A DNA stretch of 64,000 bases from Lachnospiraceae bacterium (GCA_024403355.1 JAKSRW010000012.1:16797-80796); one strand, 5' to 3'. Positions 37,158 through 48,166 are shown, numbered from the stretch's first letter. Numbers and translations are program-made. Notes: generated from the sequence alone by a model not told the origin.

Positions 37158-39134
37158 ATGATAATTCAGATTGATATTAATTTTTCACCTAATTTCATAT
37201 TGAAGCATCAGTTCGACCGGGTGCTTCCCGTAGACCTGGCAGTAGCCTCATTAAAGGCTCTGAAGCTCGAGCAGTTTGAAGCCCTCTCAAGCGACCTCAC
37301 AAAGGCCAGCTGCAGGGCTAATTACAAAAGCTGCAGTGAGCTTCTGTCTCTTGTGATTCCGGCTCTTTCAAATACCTCCAGACTCAGTTCTGAGGACTTT
37401 ATAATCGAGGACAACGGGAATTTTATAAAGGCCTTCGCCCCCGAATGTCTGACAATCACACTTAATGAACCTGCATCAAATAATCCCGCATCAAAGCAGT
37501 CAATGCATGATATCAATAACAAGGTGGGCTGGGATGATTTCAAGGAGCTCTGTGCCGAAATTATGACCGTGGCTCCCCAGATTAAGCGAAACGGTACCTT
37601 TAAAAGCTTCATGTTCCAGAATTACCTTATCTCGGTAAATGAGGGCTACGGTCTTTCTACCGCTCTGGACGAATTCGCGGATCTGATTGAAAAGCTCGAG
37701 CTCTTTCAGTTTCTTGGTGACCAGCATGTACTCGAGGTTCACCTTACGACAAAATCCGGCGGAAGCGATACAATGACCCTCGACGAGGCCAGCGATGCCC
37801 TCTACAATACAGACGGCCGCGGCAAGCTTATCTGCTTCGATATTAGTGAATTTATCGAAAAATCAAAGCATACCGAGTTCAAACAGTTTATCCAGAAAAT
37901 GGTGGACCTTCAGGAATATTATCTCTTTGTATTCCGCGTGCCCTTCCTCGAACCGGATGCATTAAAAACCATTCAGAGACTGCTGGCAGACGTGCTTTAT
38001 ACCCGTGTCATCACGGTTCAGCCCTTCAACAATGAGCAGCTGAAGGAATGCGCAATCCGCGCACTTTCGGAGTTTGGCTACGCAGCCGATGAACAGGTCT
38101 GGGATGTATTCTTCTCGCGTCTGAGTGAGGAAAAGAGTGACGGCCGCTTCTACGGAATCCAGTCCGTCCGCAAGGTAATTTACGAAATGCTCTGGCTTAA
38201 GGCCAAGGCAGCCGCAGCCAATCCGGATGTTGACGAAAAGCTCATACACCGTGAGGAAATACTTGAGCTTTCAGCCAGCTACCTTAAGAAGGCAAAGGAC
38301 GGCTTTGATTCACTTGCAGAGATGGTCGGCATGGAAAAAATTGCCGAACGCATACGTGAAATTGTGGCTCAGGTTCGCCTCGCCATTGAAAATAAAACCA
38401 TGGAGCGTCCCTGTCTGCACATGCGCTTCGTAGGTGCTCCCGGTACAGGAAAAACCACCGTTGCCCGAATACTCGGTCAGATTTTCCGCGAGAACGGAAT
38501 CCTTCGAAACGGATATTTCTTCGAATTTTCAGCCCGGGACCTGTGCGGCGAATATGTAGGTCAGACAGCACCAAAGACCTCCGCAATCTGCCGTGACGCA
38601 TACGGCTCGGTACTCTTTATAGATGAGGCCTACGCCCTTTATCAGGGTGACGACCGAGGCAATGACTACGGCCGCGAGGCCCTTACTACCCTTGTTTCAG
38701 AAATGGAGAATCACCGAGATGATATGGTGGTGGTAATGGCCGGCTATAAGGATGATATGAACAAGCTGATGGAGGGAAATGCGGGACTTCGAAGCAGAAT
38801 GCCCTTCCTTCTGGAATTTGAGAGCTATTCAAAGGCACAGCTTTTAGAGATTTTTATGTCCTTTGTAAGCAGGCATTTCAAATACGAGGAGGACTTCACA
38901 GAGGCCGCCCGTCAGTATTTTGATTCACTCTCGGACGATTACATGAAATCCGCAGAATTTGCAAATGCCCGTTTTGCCCGAAATCTTTATGAGCGCTGCT
39001 GGTCAAAGGCCGCAATGCGTACCTCTCTTTCGGGAGTAAAGGATATCATACTGAACCGTGAGGACTTTACAGCCGCCTCAAGCGAAAAGGAATTTTCGGA
39101 AAAGCTCGCTATTCACAGTAAAATCGGATTCTGA
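37158..39134 (+). CDS. SpoVK/CbbX-type AAA+ ATPase with a ~400-aa N-terminal domain of unknown function
   Basis: Walker A GAPGTGKTT, Walker B LFIDEAY, and an AGYKDDMNKLMEGNAGLRSR region characteristic of the SpoVK/CbbX/EccA clade. Confidence 0.75.
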   Translation: MIIQIDINFSPNFILKHQFDRVLPVDLAVASLKALKLEQFEALSSDLTKASCRANYKSCSELLSLVIPALSNTSRLSSEDFIIEDNGNFIKAFAPECLTITLNEPASNNPASKQSMHDINNKVGWDDFKELCAEIMTVAPQIKRNGTFKSFMFQNYLISVNEGYGLSTALDEFADLIEKLELFQFLGDQHVLEVHLTTKSGGSDTMTLDEASDALYNTDGRGKLICFDISEFIEKSKHTEFKQFIQKMVDLQEYYLFVFRVPFLEPDALKTIQRLLADVLYTRVITVQPFNNEQLKECAIRALSEFGYAADEQVWDVFFSRLSEEKSDGRFYGIQSVRKVIYEMLWLKAKAAAANPDVDEKLIHREEILELSASYLKKAKDGFDSLAEMVGMEKIAERIREIVAQVRLAIENKTMERPCLHMRFVGAPGTGKTTVARILGQIFRENGILRNGYFFEFSARDLCGEYVGQTAPKTSAICRDAYGSVLFIDEAYALYQGDDRGNDYGREALTTLVSEMENHRDDMVVVMAGYKDDMNKLMEGNAGLRSRMPFLLEFESYSKAQLLEIFMSFVSRHFKYEEDFTEAARQYFDSLSDDYMKSAEFANARFARNLYERCWSKAAMRTSLSGVKDIILNREDFTAASSEKEFSEKLAIHSKIGF

Positions 39135-39171
39135 CGCCTTACTCATTTTACAGAAAGGAACGAAGTGTATA

Positions 39172-39618
39172 ATGACTGAACAGGAAGCAAAAAATGCAGC
39201 CGACAGGCTCTTTGAAATATCCAAGGACATTATGTACCGGATCTGTCCTAAGGACAGCATCAGTATCACAGAAGAGAAATATCTTATAGAAGGTGATGTA
39301 ACCGCAGACCCCTTTACCGTACATCTCAAGGTCACCGTATACAGTGAAAACGGCCTTCTGACCATCTTCTCGGTCCTGCCCTACGATGTACCCGTAAATA
39401 AGGCTCTGGAGTTTTCAAAAATGATATGTCTTACAAATTATAACGACTTTTATGCAGGCAACTTTGATTATCATCCAGACCGCGGAAAGATAGTTTTTCG
39501 AATGACCATTCCCTACAGGAACAGCCTTATCTCCGAGGAGCTCGTGGATGAATGCTTAAATTACACAATTAATACAGTATCAAAATACAATCAGAAATTT
39601 TTTGAGGCGACACGTTAG
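39172..39618 (+). CDS. YbjN-like (T3SS-chaperone-fold) protein
   Basis: 148 aa starting at MTEQEAK. Overlaps the 3' end of the AAA gene. Duplicated alpha/beta halves typical of the YbjN family. Confidence 0.5.
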   Translation: MTEQEAKNAADRLFEISKDIMYRICPKDSISITEEKYLIEGDVTADPFTVHLKVTVYSENGLLTIFSVLPYDVPVNKALEFSKMICLTNYNDFYAGNFDYHPDRGKIVFRMTIPYRNSLISEELVDECLNYTINTVSKYNQKFFEATR

Positions 39619-39681
39619 GTGCCGCCTCTCTTTTATTTTTTATTTAATTTTATAAACGATTTACTGCTCTTATTTAATTAA

Positions 39682-41583
39682 TTATTCGGCACGATCAAAG
39701 AGAATATCATAGCCATAGGATTCACCCTCATGCTCAACAACGATAAGAAGCTCAGAAAAATCATTGTTACTCTCATCTACATACACATAAATGAAAGCAC
39801 CGTCTTCCTCGCTTACCTCATCACAGATTTCGCCCCTCCAGGAAAGGTCTCCGTCTGAGTTTGAATTCACAGCATTGAAGATAAGAATCGGAGCCTTCAC
39901 AATATCGAAGGAATCCTCCCCATAGCTGAAGCTGAAGTTTGCATTTCCGCCAACCACCGAAAAATCTACCGTACATGCAGAATTATCAAGAAGTATACCG
40001 TCAGAATCTGCAGTATCATCATTAAAATCCAGGAGATATGCGCTGTTCAGGCTCCAGGTGCCCTCTAAAATCTCCATGCATGCATTATAGCTCTCGTCGT
40101 CCTCATAATAGGATTCGGGCCAATCAATGGAAGCTGCCATATTATAGGCTGCTGTACCCACAGATCCAAATTCTGTCGCCGAATAGTAGGAATACATTTC
40201 GCTGTAGTCCTCATTAGACCCTGCATAATAATCCTCCAGCATAGCCTGAGCCTCATCCTCGAGGTAGGACTTACCATTAATCAGGAAGCTGCCATTTTCT
40301 TCGTCATAGATGAATACTGCCTCGACTTCAGTAGAAACACCGTTATACTTAAGTATCTCGAGAACCTCATTCTCGTTCTCATCATAATAGCCGTAAGCAA
40401 TATAATCATTCATGCCGATTGCACAGAACATGCAGTTATCAACAAAGGCGTAGCGGCCTACTTCAGCAACCTCACCCTCATCGGTCAGTCTCAGTAAAAT
40501 AACCTCGGAATCCTCGTCGGTCTGAACCACAAGCTCAGGAATATCATCTCCATCTACAAACATTGCCTCGTAGCTGAGAGTTTCCGCACAATTCTTCTCT
40601 GCTGCAAGCAGGGAAAGATAGCTTGAATAACTATCACAGATTGTCTTTGCAGCAGAATTAGGGAAGGGGTTATAGATAAGTCCGTCATTATCAGAGCCGG
40701 TAACGTCCGGAGTCTTCTGGCCTCCGTCACCCGGTTCTGTACCTGCACTCTCGCTGCTTCCGTCTCCAAATAAGCCGGACCAGAAATCTACATATTCAAA
40801 GTTCGCAGGCGTATCATCAATTCTGATAGAGGCAAGGATTGTAAGCAGGTCCTCATCTTCAAAGGAAAGCTCCTCACCGGTCTCACTGTTTGTCATAGTT
40901 ACCGAAACACTGATGTCTCCGCGTCCGTCGGGATTAAGAGTTGCGGTCTTGTAGTTTCCGTCCTCATCGGTTCCGATAAAGCCCGTCCACTGATAGCTTC
41001 CGGCAGTGAAATCAAGCTCCTCAATATTGTAATAATAGGATCTTGTATCCCAGATGCCATAATCATTTTCACTATAATCAATCTTGATACCTGCGCAGGT
41101 CCAGCTGTCGCTGGTATCCTTCGCACCCTTTAAAAAGCTGAGTGAGCAGGGATCAACCTGACCGCTTGCTTCAAGGTCATCCTCGGTCCAGATAAAGGAC
41201 TGAATGGGATTGTTCAGCCATCCTGTAGGCAGGAAGGCTGCAATTTTGCCGGCATACATATACTCACCATCAATGGCAGGCTTGTAATCGCCTCCGTTTA
41301 GAGTCACTGAGTCAAGCTTTTTCTGCTCCAGGATTTCATCCTCGGTTAATGCAGGTGTTACCAGCTCGTTCTTGCCCTGCTCCTCAGGAGCAGCTGTCAC
41401 TGCAGGCTCATTTGTGGGCTTCATTGTCAGAATCTGAGCCTGTGTCGGTACAGGAGTTGTATCTATTTTCTGCTCTGTCGGTGTGGGCACAGGCGCATCG
41501 TTATTTTCCTTGCTCGAGCATGCCGCAAGAGAAAACATTAAAACAACCGCCATTAATACTGCCACAATCTTCTTTTTCTTCAT
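39682..41583 (-). CDS. large secreted lipoprotein of unknown function
   Basis: Signal peptide with lipobox (…SLAAC). 633 aa. Confidence 0.6.
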   Translation of the reverse strand: MKKKKIVAVLMAVVLMFSLAACSSKENNDAPVPTPTEQKIDTTPVPTQAQILTMKPTNEPAVTAAPEEQGKNELVTPALTEDEILEQKKLDSVTLNGGDYKPAIDGEYMYAGKIAAFLPTGWLNNPIQSFIWTEDDLEASGQVDPCSLSFLKGAKDTSDSWTCAGIKIDYSENDYGIWDTRSYYYNIEELDFTAGSYQWTGFIGTDEDGNYKTATLNPDGRGDISVSVTMTNSETGEELSFEDEDLLTILASIRIDDTPANFEYVDFWSGLFGDGSSESAGTEPGDGGQKTPDVTGSDNDGLIYNPFPNSAAKTICDSYSSYLSLLAAEKNCAETLSYEAMFVDGDDIPELVVQTDEDSEVILLRLTDEGEVAEVGRYAFVDNCMFCAIGMNDYIAYGYYDENENEVLEILKYNGVSTEVEAVFIYDEENGSFLINGKSYLEDEAQAMLEDYYAGSNEDYSEMYSYYSATEFGSVGTAAYNMAASIDWPESYYEDDESYNACMEILEGTWSLNSAYLLDFNDDTADSDGILLDNSACTVDFSVVGGNANFSFSYGEDSFDIVKAPILIFNAVNSNSDGDLSWRGEICDEVSEEDGAFIYVYVDESNNDFSELLIVVEHEGESYGYDILFDRAE

Positions 41584-41652
41584 TTCTACATACCTTTCTT
41601 CGTAGGGCCCACGCGAATAATCCAGCCAATCCTATCGGCTTATCCGCGCGTA

Positions 41653-42315
41653 TTATGCCCAGGGGTCAGCCTCTACGGCTGTTCTGATGCCTGACACCAG
41701 AGAAGCGAAGTCCCAAAGGAACCACTGTCCTGATGAGGGCTTATTTCTGAGGGTAACAGGACGGGGGGAATCCGCTCCGCCCGACTTAAGATAAAGTGTA
41801 AGATAGCCCTGTGCAAACTGGTCACGGCTGTAGGGATTCTCACTTACACTGATAGTGTAGGGTGTTGAAGGAGTATAGTTATTCTGAGGTGTTGCACCCT
41901 CAAAATATGACATGGGAAGATGAGAGGTTCCGTCGAATCTGTCGTGAAGGAAGCTCTTATCTCTCTCTGAAAGAGGAGCAGGTCCCTTGAGTGCGTTAAG
42001 CATCTCAACACCTGTTGCCTCATTTTTTGAAAACTGGATAAGCGCAAGCACTGCAAGTGCCGCAACCGCATTTGCGTCTGTAAGTGCTGCCTCGGGTAAA
42101 GCCATAAGCTCTGCCGCATTCTGAGGAAGCTCATTGAATTTATAAGTCTTTGTCTTTGAATTTGCCACTGCATTTGAAACAGCCTTTGTCGCTGCGTTGG
42201 TTGCCGCATTTACTGCCTCATGCTCTGCTTTTCTTACAGTCTGATTAACTGCATTCTGTGCTGAACTCTTTACGCTTCTTCCGAGTGAATTAGCTAATGA
42301 ATCAAAAAATCCCAT
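41653..42315 (-). CDS. hypothetical protein
   Basis: 220 aa. Ala-rich N-terminal helix. Confidence 0.45.
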   Translation of the reverse strand: MGFFDSLANSLGRSVKSSAQNAVNQTVRKAEHEAVNAATNAATKAVSNAVANSKTKTYKFNELPQNAAELMALPEAALTDANAVAALAVLALIQFSKNEATGVEMLNALKGPAPLSERDKSFLHDRFDGTSHLPMSYFEGATPQNNYTPSTPYTISVSENPYSRDQFAQGYLTLYLKSGGADSPRPVTLRNKPSSGQWFLWDFASLVSGIRTAVEADPWA

Positions 42316-42512
42316 ATTTTACCTGCCTTTCTATAATCAGTATGAGCTGTCTTCATACATTTTCCGCTCTGTCTAAAACCCATCTTCAGCCCATACTGTC
42401 TATCCCTTTGCGGCATACCCGCATATTTTGTGGATTTCTGTCCACGTCAGTTAGTATTATAAAGGCATTTAAAAATAACTCATTATACTAAAGTATTAGA
42501 TTTACAAAAGAT

Positions 42513-43169
42513 TTACTCAGGTATTACAATTCCGCGCACTCTCGCCTCAATGGCAAGCTCAGTTCTGTTACGGCAGCCTGTTTTCTGAATCATATGCATG
42601 ATGTGCTGCTTTACGGTATTAACGGAAATATTCATATGCTCGGCAATTTCCACATTCGTTGCACCGGTAGTCATTTCACGAAGTACCAGAAGCTCCGTAT
42701 CGGTAAATTCCACGCTTTTGGCCTCGCCGATTTCCTGCACGGGAGTACTGTCCGGGAAAATATGCTCGCCCGCCATGGTTCTGTCCATTACCTCAAGCAA
42801 AGGCTTGCCCTCTACCTCCTTATACCAGAAGCTGTCCACACCTATCTGTCTGGCACGCTCGATATAAGACACCTCCGGCATCGAAGTTACAATAATGATT
42901 TTAATATTCGGGGTCTGCTTCTTAATTCTTTTTGCCGCATCAAGTCCGTTTGAACCGTCGTTCATTACAACATCCATAATAATAAGGTCCACGGGATATT
43001 TCAGGCAGTAAACATCCACCGCCTTTGCGGTTTTAAGTGAATACAGCAGATTATAATTCTTCGAGGAATTTACGAAGGTCTCAAAAAGCTGCCGGGGCAT
43101 ATTCTGATCATCAACAATAATTACGTTATAGGGTACCATATCAGTCCTTTCCGCAGATATTCTGCACAA
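42513..43169 (-). CDS. two-component response regulator, NarL/LuxR family
   Basis: REC domain (VIIVDD…) plus a C-terminal LuxR HTH (…EIAEHMNISVNTVKQHI…). Confidence 0.8.
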   Translation of the reverse strand: MCRISAERTDMVPYNVIIVDDQNMPRQLFETFVNSSKNYNLLYSLKTAKAVDVYCLKYPVDLIIMDVVMNDGSNGLDAAKRIKKQTPNIKIIIVTSMPEVSYIERARQIGVDSFWYKEVEGKPLLEVMDRTMAGEHIFPDSTPVQEIGEAKSVEFTDTELLVLREMTTGATNVEIAEHMNISVNTVKQHIMHMIQKTGCRNRTELAIEARVRGIVIPE

Positions 43170-43189
43170 TTTTCAAAGCCTGTAACCGC

Positions 43190-44473
43190 CTAACGGCTCG
43201 GGCATTCCAGCCTCAGCAGAAATTCAGGTTTGCCTTCCACCGTCATTTTTGCTCCGCATTCATCCGCAAGCTTACGCAAGGAGCCAAGTCCGCCGCTCTC
43301 CGAAATCTCCTTTTCGGGCGCTCTTCCGTTATTTCTTATATTAACAATACAGCCTTCTCCTGCCTCCTGCACGCTGATAAAAAGCCTGTCCCCGTTCGCG
43401 TGCCGGATGGTGTTCGTCATACATTCATGCATTGCGGTCGATACAAGCTTTTTCACCGCAGGCTCCTGCGGCAGCTCACCCTCCAGTTCAAGGGTCATGC
43501 CCACATCCTCCGCAGTTTCATAAAGAAGCTCGTAATCATCCGCCTCAGTCTCCGCACGCTCATGTCTCAGCAAATCGACATTCTGCGTCCATGCGGCAAT
43601 GATTTCCTGCCTGTCCCCGGGAGCGGGATTAGCCAGGTAACGTCTCGATGCCAGAAGCATCGCACCCAGATTATCATGGATTCTGATTTTTGCCTCCAGA
43701 ACCTCCTTGTCGATAACCATGCGGTTGATACCCTCACCCATCGCACGCAGACGCTTATTCATCTCCGTAAGTCGGGCATTACTTTCGCGGTATGACTTGG
43801 TAATATCGTAAAGAGAAGTAATTTCGGTCGCAAAAATCTGGTACATGCCCTCGTCAATTTCGAGCTTCGTCTTCACAAAGCTGTAAACCATTCCGTCAGA
43901 AAGCATAACCATCGGCGTATCACCGCCCCTGATGCTCAGATTACCGTCCTCAAGACGCCCGTAGTAGAGCCTGTCCCAGAACTCGCACGCATCATTCATA
44001 TAAGACCCCGTCAGAGCCATACTCAGCTGCTCCATCCTTCTGTTCACCTGATAGGCCAGTCCGTTCTCACTGTAATAGCAGATTCCGTCCTGCATCAAAT
44101 CCGTTGCCTCCTTCAGCGAACGGGGCGTAATATGCTTTCTCTCCCAGTCATTTACATGCTTTACAGTATATCCGATGACAGTAAACATCGCAATAAGCTC
44201 TGCCACAATCATCCACACGGGAAGTCCGCCGAACCACTCCGCAAAGCGCACGCCGCGGATATTCCTATTCACCAGATAATCCTCAACGACTGCGAAAAAC
44301 TGGACCATTGCCAGGCTGACACAAAGCACCAGAACACATTCAACTACCTTCATGCCCCCGCGCTTTTGGCCCGTTACACGCACTAAAAGGTATAAGGATA
44401 ATATAACCTGCACCATTGCAAACAGTGCAAAAACCGTTCGCCAGGCCGGCGCAAGCTCAAATATATTCGTCAC
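43190..44473 (-). CDS. membrane sensor histidine kinase (HisKA_3 / NarX-DesK type)
   Basis: N-terminal TM helices, an H-box (IHDNLGAML) and HATPase N/G boxes. Confidence 0.78.
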   Translation of the reverse strand: MTNIFELAPAWRTVFALFAMVQVILSLYLLVRVTGQKRGGMKVVECVLVLCVSLAMVQFFAVVEDYLVNRNIRGVRFAEWFGGLPVWMIVAELIAMFTVIGYTVKHVNDWERKHITPRSLKEATDLMQDGICYYSENGLAYQVNRRMEQLSMALTGSYMNDACEFWDRLYYGRLEDGNLSIRGGDTPMVMLSDGMVYSFVKTKLEIDEGMYQIFATEITSLYDITKSYRESNARLTEMNKRLRAMGEGINRMVIDKEVLEAKIRIHDNLGAMLLASRRYLANPAPGDRQEIIAAWTQNVDLLRHERAETEADDYELLYETAEDVGMTLELEGELPQEPAVKKLVSTAMHECMTNTIRHANGDRLFISVQEAGEGCIVNIRNNGRAPEKEISESGGLGSLRKLADECGAKMTVEGKPEFLLRLECPSR

Positions 44474-44513
44474 CGGTATACTCCTTTCCCGCAGATAATT
44501 CTACCTCTGATAA

Positions 44514-46250
44514 TCATCGTTTTACAAATCTCAGACGGATAAGCAGCCCCTCTTCATCGCCCTGCTTTGTAATAACACCGCCCATGTCACTTATCTGCTC
44601 CACGAAAAAGTCCGTGATTACAGGCAGTGTCAGGAAGTAATCGGGCTGCACGTCATTTGCTTCAATATCAAGCATCATTCGCAGCTCAAAGCCCTCACCG
44701 CTCTCCAAAAGACTCACCATAAGCGAGCAGCCGCTGTCTGTCAGCTCCTCAATATAAGCCTCAAAAAATTCATAAGCCGCTATGACCTTATCTGCGGAGC
44801 AAATGCCCTCCACCTGCTTTACCGAAGTACAGTTCACGCCGCAGTTTTTCAGATTATCAAGCGATTCGCTAATAGAAAGGTAAAGCTCACCCAGCTCCAG
44901 CTCCCCTGTCGAATCCGAAAGCAGACACATATTTGAAAAACGCTTCACATAGGCTCCGATTACACATACTTTGGCCAGATTCCTGTCAAAATCCTCGTCT
45001 CCGGACTCCTTCAGAAGCTCATTGATATAATCAAGGCGCGGCCTTAGACAGAGCGCAATATGGTCATAAAGGCGGTTCTGCGTCTCAAAGCTTATACGCT
45101 GCGCACGAAGCTCATTCTCCTGATGGATAAGCTCACGTTCCTCGGAAAGCTGCTCATTAACATCCTGAAGCAGGTTATTAAGTCTGGTAATCTCCGAAAT
45201 ATCATCCACCCAGTAGATGCTTCCGCCGGAGATAAAATAATGATGCAGACGTCTGTTATCATCCAGAAAAACCAGGCCCTTTTTTGCCTCCTCACGATGC
45301 TTTGCCGTGATATCCCGTGCATTATTCGATTCATATCTGACCGTACCGTTTGCATCCGTCAGCTGGGCCGGAATAGGTGAATTTATAAAAAAGAGGTCGT
45401 AATTAACATTACTTCTTATAAGACCGATCTGCAGCAGAACCTCCCACTCGCCGATAATGGTAAATGAATAAAGCTCCTGAAAATCCAGCAAAAACACACC
45501 GTAATAATTCATTCTGAAAACAAATATCACGAAAACGGCGCCAATCAGAATACCATAGGTAATAGGCACCCAGATAAAACGCTTTATAGCGGAAAGACGG
45601 CATTTATCGAAGGCAACGTATATCGCTCCCAGCAGAATCGACACTACCCAGAATACAAAAAACCAGTAAATCGGGCCTCCCGAGAACCTGTCCTTAGTCT
45701 CATCCTCCACTATCAGCATCAGCTGATGCATATCGTTTGTCATCGTGATGATACTCATCACGGTTCCGCCCAGATAGAGGATAGTCATAAATTTTCTCTT
45801 CCTGATACCCTCCGGCCGGTTGATTGAAAGAGCAGCATGAAGCGAGCAGACCGGCACAATAATCATGGGAACATAGGCCCCGTAGGTCATAAGTCTGTCC
45901 GTCACGGAATGCTTCACCACAAAACCGTTCTGAAGCATTTTCAGAACCATAAGCACAATAAGAAACGACGCGACACACATCAGTAGGCGGCGGGTATTAT
46001 CCTGAATCGCCCTGCGCCGTACCGAAAGTCCCCAGCCGATTATTATTCCTATAAATATGAAATTTGAAGCCTGGTAAATAATAAAGCGCTCCGGTATCAG
46101 GCCCACGCCTATTCCCAGAACGAACATACCCAGAAAAAGAAGTATGTTTCTTACCGATCCTTTCGCTAATTTCATATAAAACCATACCCTTCTGCCTGCA
46201 GGATTATAATGGGCTCTAACCTCCCCTGACGCAGGCATAAATAAACTCAT
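44514..46250 (-). CDS. polytopic membrane sensor-like protein with a degenerate histidine-kinase-like C-terminus
   Basis: About seven TM helices, then a GHKL-like region that lacks clear G1/G2 boxes. Confidence 0.5.
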   Translation of the reverse strand: MSLFMPASGEVRAHYNPAGRRVWFYMKLAKGSVRNILLFLGMFVLGIGVGLIPERFIIYQASNFIFIGIIIGWGLSVRRRAIQDNTRRLLMCVASFLIVLMVLKMLQNGFVVKHSVTDRLMTYGAYVPMIIVPVCSLHAALSINRPEGIRKRKFMTILYLGGTVMSIITMTNDMHQLMLIVEDETKDRFSGGPIYWFFVFWVVSILLGAIYVAFDKCRLSAIKRFIWVPITYGILIGAVFVIFVFRMNYYGVFLLDFQELYSFTIIGEWEVLLQIGLIRSNVNYDLFFINSPIPAQLTDANGTVRYESNNARDITAKHREEAKKGLVFLDDNRRLHHYFISGGSIYWVDDISEITRLNNLLQDVNEQLSEERELIHQENELRAQRISFETQNRLYDHIALCLRPRLDYINELLKESGDEDFDRNLAKVCVIGAYVKRFSNMCLLSDSTGELELGELYLSISESLDNLKNCGVNCTSVKQVEGICSADKVIAAYEFFEAYIEELTDSGCSLMVSLLESGEGFELRMMLDIEANDVQPDYFLTLPVITDFFVEQISDMGGVITKQGDEEGLLIRLRFVKR

Positions 46251-46529
46251 TAGTTATTATTCTAACACTTGTTAAAGATATTGGCAATCCGCTTCGCCGC
46301 CTGCTCATATAAAAGCTGCACCTCGCTCTTTACAAGCTGTCAATCATAATTACCTCAAAAGCCGTATCAGTATTAGAAATCTAATTTGCCGTTTTCGAGG
46401 AATAAATACGCTTATTTTTGCTGCAAACCGCTATACAATCGTCATTTTATAGGCTATAATCTAATCACAGGCAGCAAAGAAAAGCCTGTCACACACAGTG
46501 CGTTAAGCACGGAAGGAGAGGTTATTTTT

Positions 46530-48023
46530 ATGAGTACGGGACAGATTATTTTAATCGCCGCAATCGTGGTAGCGGTACTAATCATCTTATTAACAGGTTA
46601 TGTTAAGGCACCGCCGGATGTTGCTTATATCATTTCAGGTATGAAGAAGAACCCCAAGATTCTCATTGGTCGTTCAGGCATCAAGGTTCCATTCTTTGAG
46701 CGAAAGGATAACCTGATTGTTAAGCAGATAAGTGTAGACATTAAAACAAACGGTTATGTACCTACTCTCGACTTCATCGGTGTAGATATCGATGCAGTTG
46801 CAAAAATCAGAGTGAAGACAGATCCCGACGGAATCAAGCTTGCTATGAAGAACTTCCTTAATATGAAGGAGGAGCAGATTATCACAGCTCTCACAGATTC
46901 CCTTCAGGGTAACATGCGTGAAATTATCGGTACTGTTAAGCTCAAGGAATTATGTACAGACCGTAAGAAGTTCGGTGATGAGGTTCAGGAGAAGGCCCAG
47001 AAGGATATGAACGCCCTGGGTATTGAAATCATCTCATGTAACATTCAGAGAATCGATGACGAGAAGGGTCTTATCGTTGCCCTCGGTCAGGACAATATGT
47101 CACAGATTCAGAAGGATGCTTCTATCGCAAAGGCTCAGGCTGAGCGAGATGTTGCAATCGCAGAGGCAGAGGCTAGCAAGGCCGCAAATGAGGCCAGAGT
47201 TTTAGCCAACACCGATATCGCTATTAAGCAGAACGAATTAAAGATCAAGCAGGCTGAATTAAAGAAGGAATCAGACTTAAAGCAGGCTGAGGCCGATGCA
47301 GCCTACAAGATTCAGGAAGAGTCACAGCGTAAGATTATCGAGGCTACAGCCGTTGAGGCTGATATCGCCCGTCAGCAGAAGTCAGTTGAGCTCCGTAAGC
47401 AGGAAGCAGAGGTTAAGGAGCAGGAGCTTGCCGCTTCAATCAAGAAGCAGGCAGATGCCGACAGATACCGTCAGCAGCAGATGGCCGATGTAGAGCTTTA
47501 CCGTCGTCAGAAGGACGCTGAGGCCCGCAAGTTCGAGATGGAACGTGAGGCAGAGGCTATGCGTATCAAGGCCGATGCCGTTAAGTATCAGGCTGAGCAG
47601 GATGCAGAAGCTATCCGTGCAAGAGGTGTCGCTGAGGCAGAGGCTATCCGTGCAAAGGGTATCGCTGAAGCAGAAGCTACCGAAAAGAAGGCAGAGGCTA
47701 TGTCAAAGATGAAGGAAGCCGCAGTCCTTGAAATGTTCTTCAAGGTACTTCCCGAAATCGCTGCAAACGTTGCAAAGCCTCTCGAGAACATCGACAAGAT
47801 TACAATGTACGGCGAAGGCAATACAGCAAAGCTTATTGAGGATATCACAAAGTCCACAACCCAGATTTCTACCGGTCTTACCGAGGGTCTCGGCTTCGAC
47901 TTAAAGAGCATGCTCGCAGGTGCACTCGGCGGAAAGGTAGTCGGTGATGCAGTTAAGAATGCAGTAAAGTCTGAGGATAAGGATACTTTCACAGAGACTG
48001 CTGCCACAGAAGCTGCAGAATAA
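46530..48023 (+). CDS. flotillin-like SPFH protein (FloT/YuaG family)
   Basis: N-terminal TM, SPFH domain and an EA-rich coiled coil (AEAEAIRAKGIAEAEA). Start moved to MSTGQ, where RBS GGAAGGAGAGG is present. Confidence 0.78.
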   Translation: MSTGQIILIAAIVVAVLIILLTGYVKAPPDVAYIISGMKKNPKILIGRSGIKVPFFERKDNLIVKQISVDIKTNGYVPTLDFIGVDIDAVAKIRVKTDPDGIKLAMKNFLNMKEEQIITALTDSLQGNMREIIGTVKLKELCTDRKKFGDEVQEKAQKDMNALGIEIISCNIQRIDDEKGLIVALGQDNMSQIQKDASIAKAQAERDVAIAEAEASKAANEARVLANTDIAIKQNELKIKQAELKKESDLKQAEADAAYKIQEESQRKIIEATAVEADIARQQKSVELRKQEAEVKEQELAASIKKQADADRYRQQQMADVELYRRQKDAEARKFEMEREAEAMRIKADAVKYQAEQDAEAIRARGVAEAEAIRAKGIAEAEATEKKAEAMSKMKEAAVLEMFFKVLPEIAANVAKPLENIDKITMYGEGNTAKLIEDITKSTTQISTGLTEGLGFDLKSMLAGALGGKVVGDAVKNAVKSEDKDTFTETAATEAAE

Positions 48024-48166
48024 AATAAGCTAATCAAAAGCCCCGGGATTTATCAGACTAATGGAATGATTAATTCCGGGGCTTTTATACCCTATCCTCC
48101 AAGATAATAAAAAGCGATCTGACTCACGCCAAATCGCTTTTAGAATTCCTCTGTCAAATTTTCTTT

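Noticed and set aside
46386-46529. 5' extension of the flotillin ORF (MPFSRNKYAYFCCKPLYNRH…)
   Set aside because: No RBS is present there, whereas a strong GGAAGGAGAGG precedes the Met at 46530 that begins the TM helix. The extension is therefore treated as non-coding.
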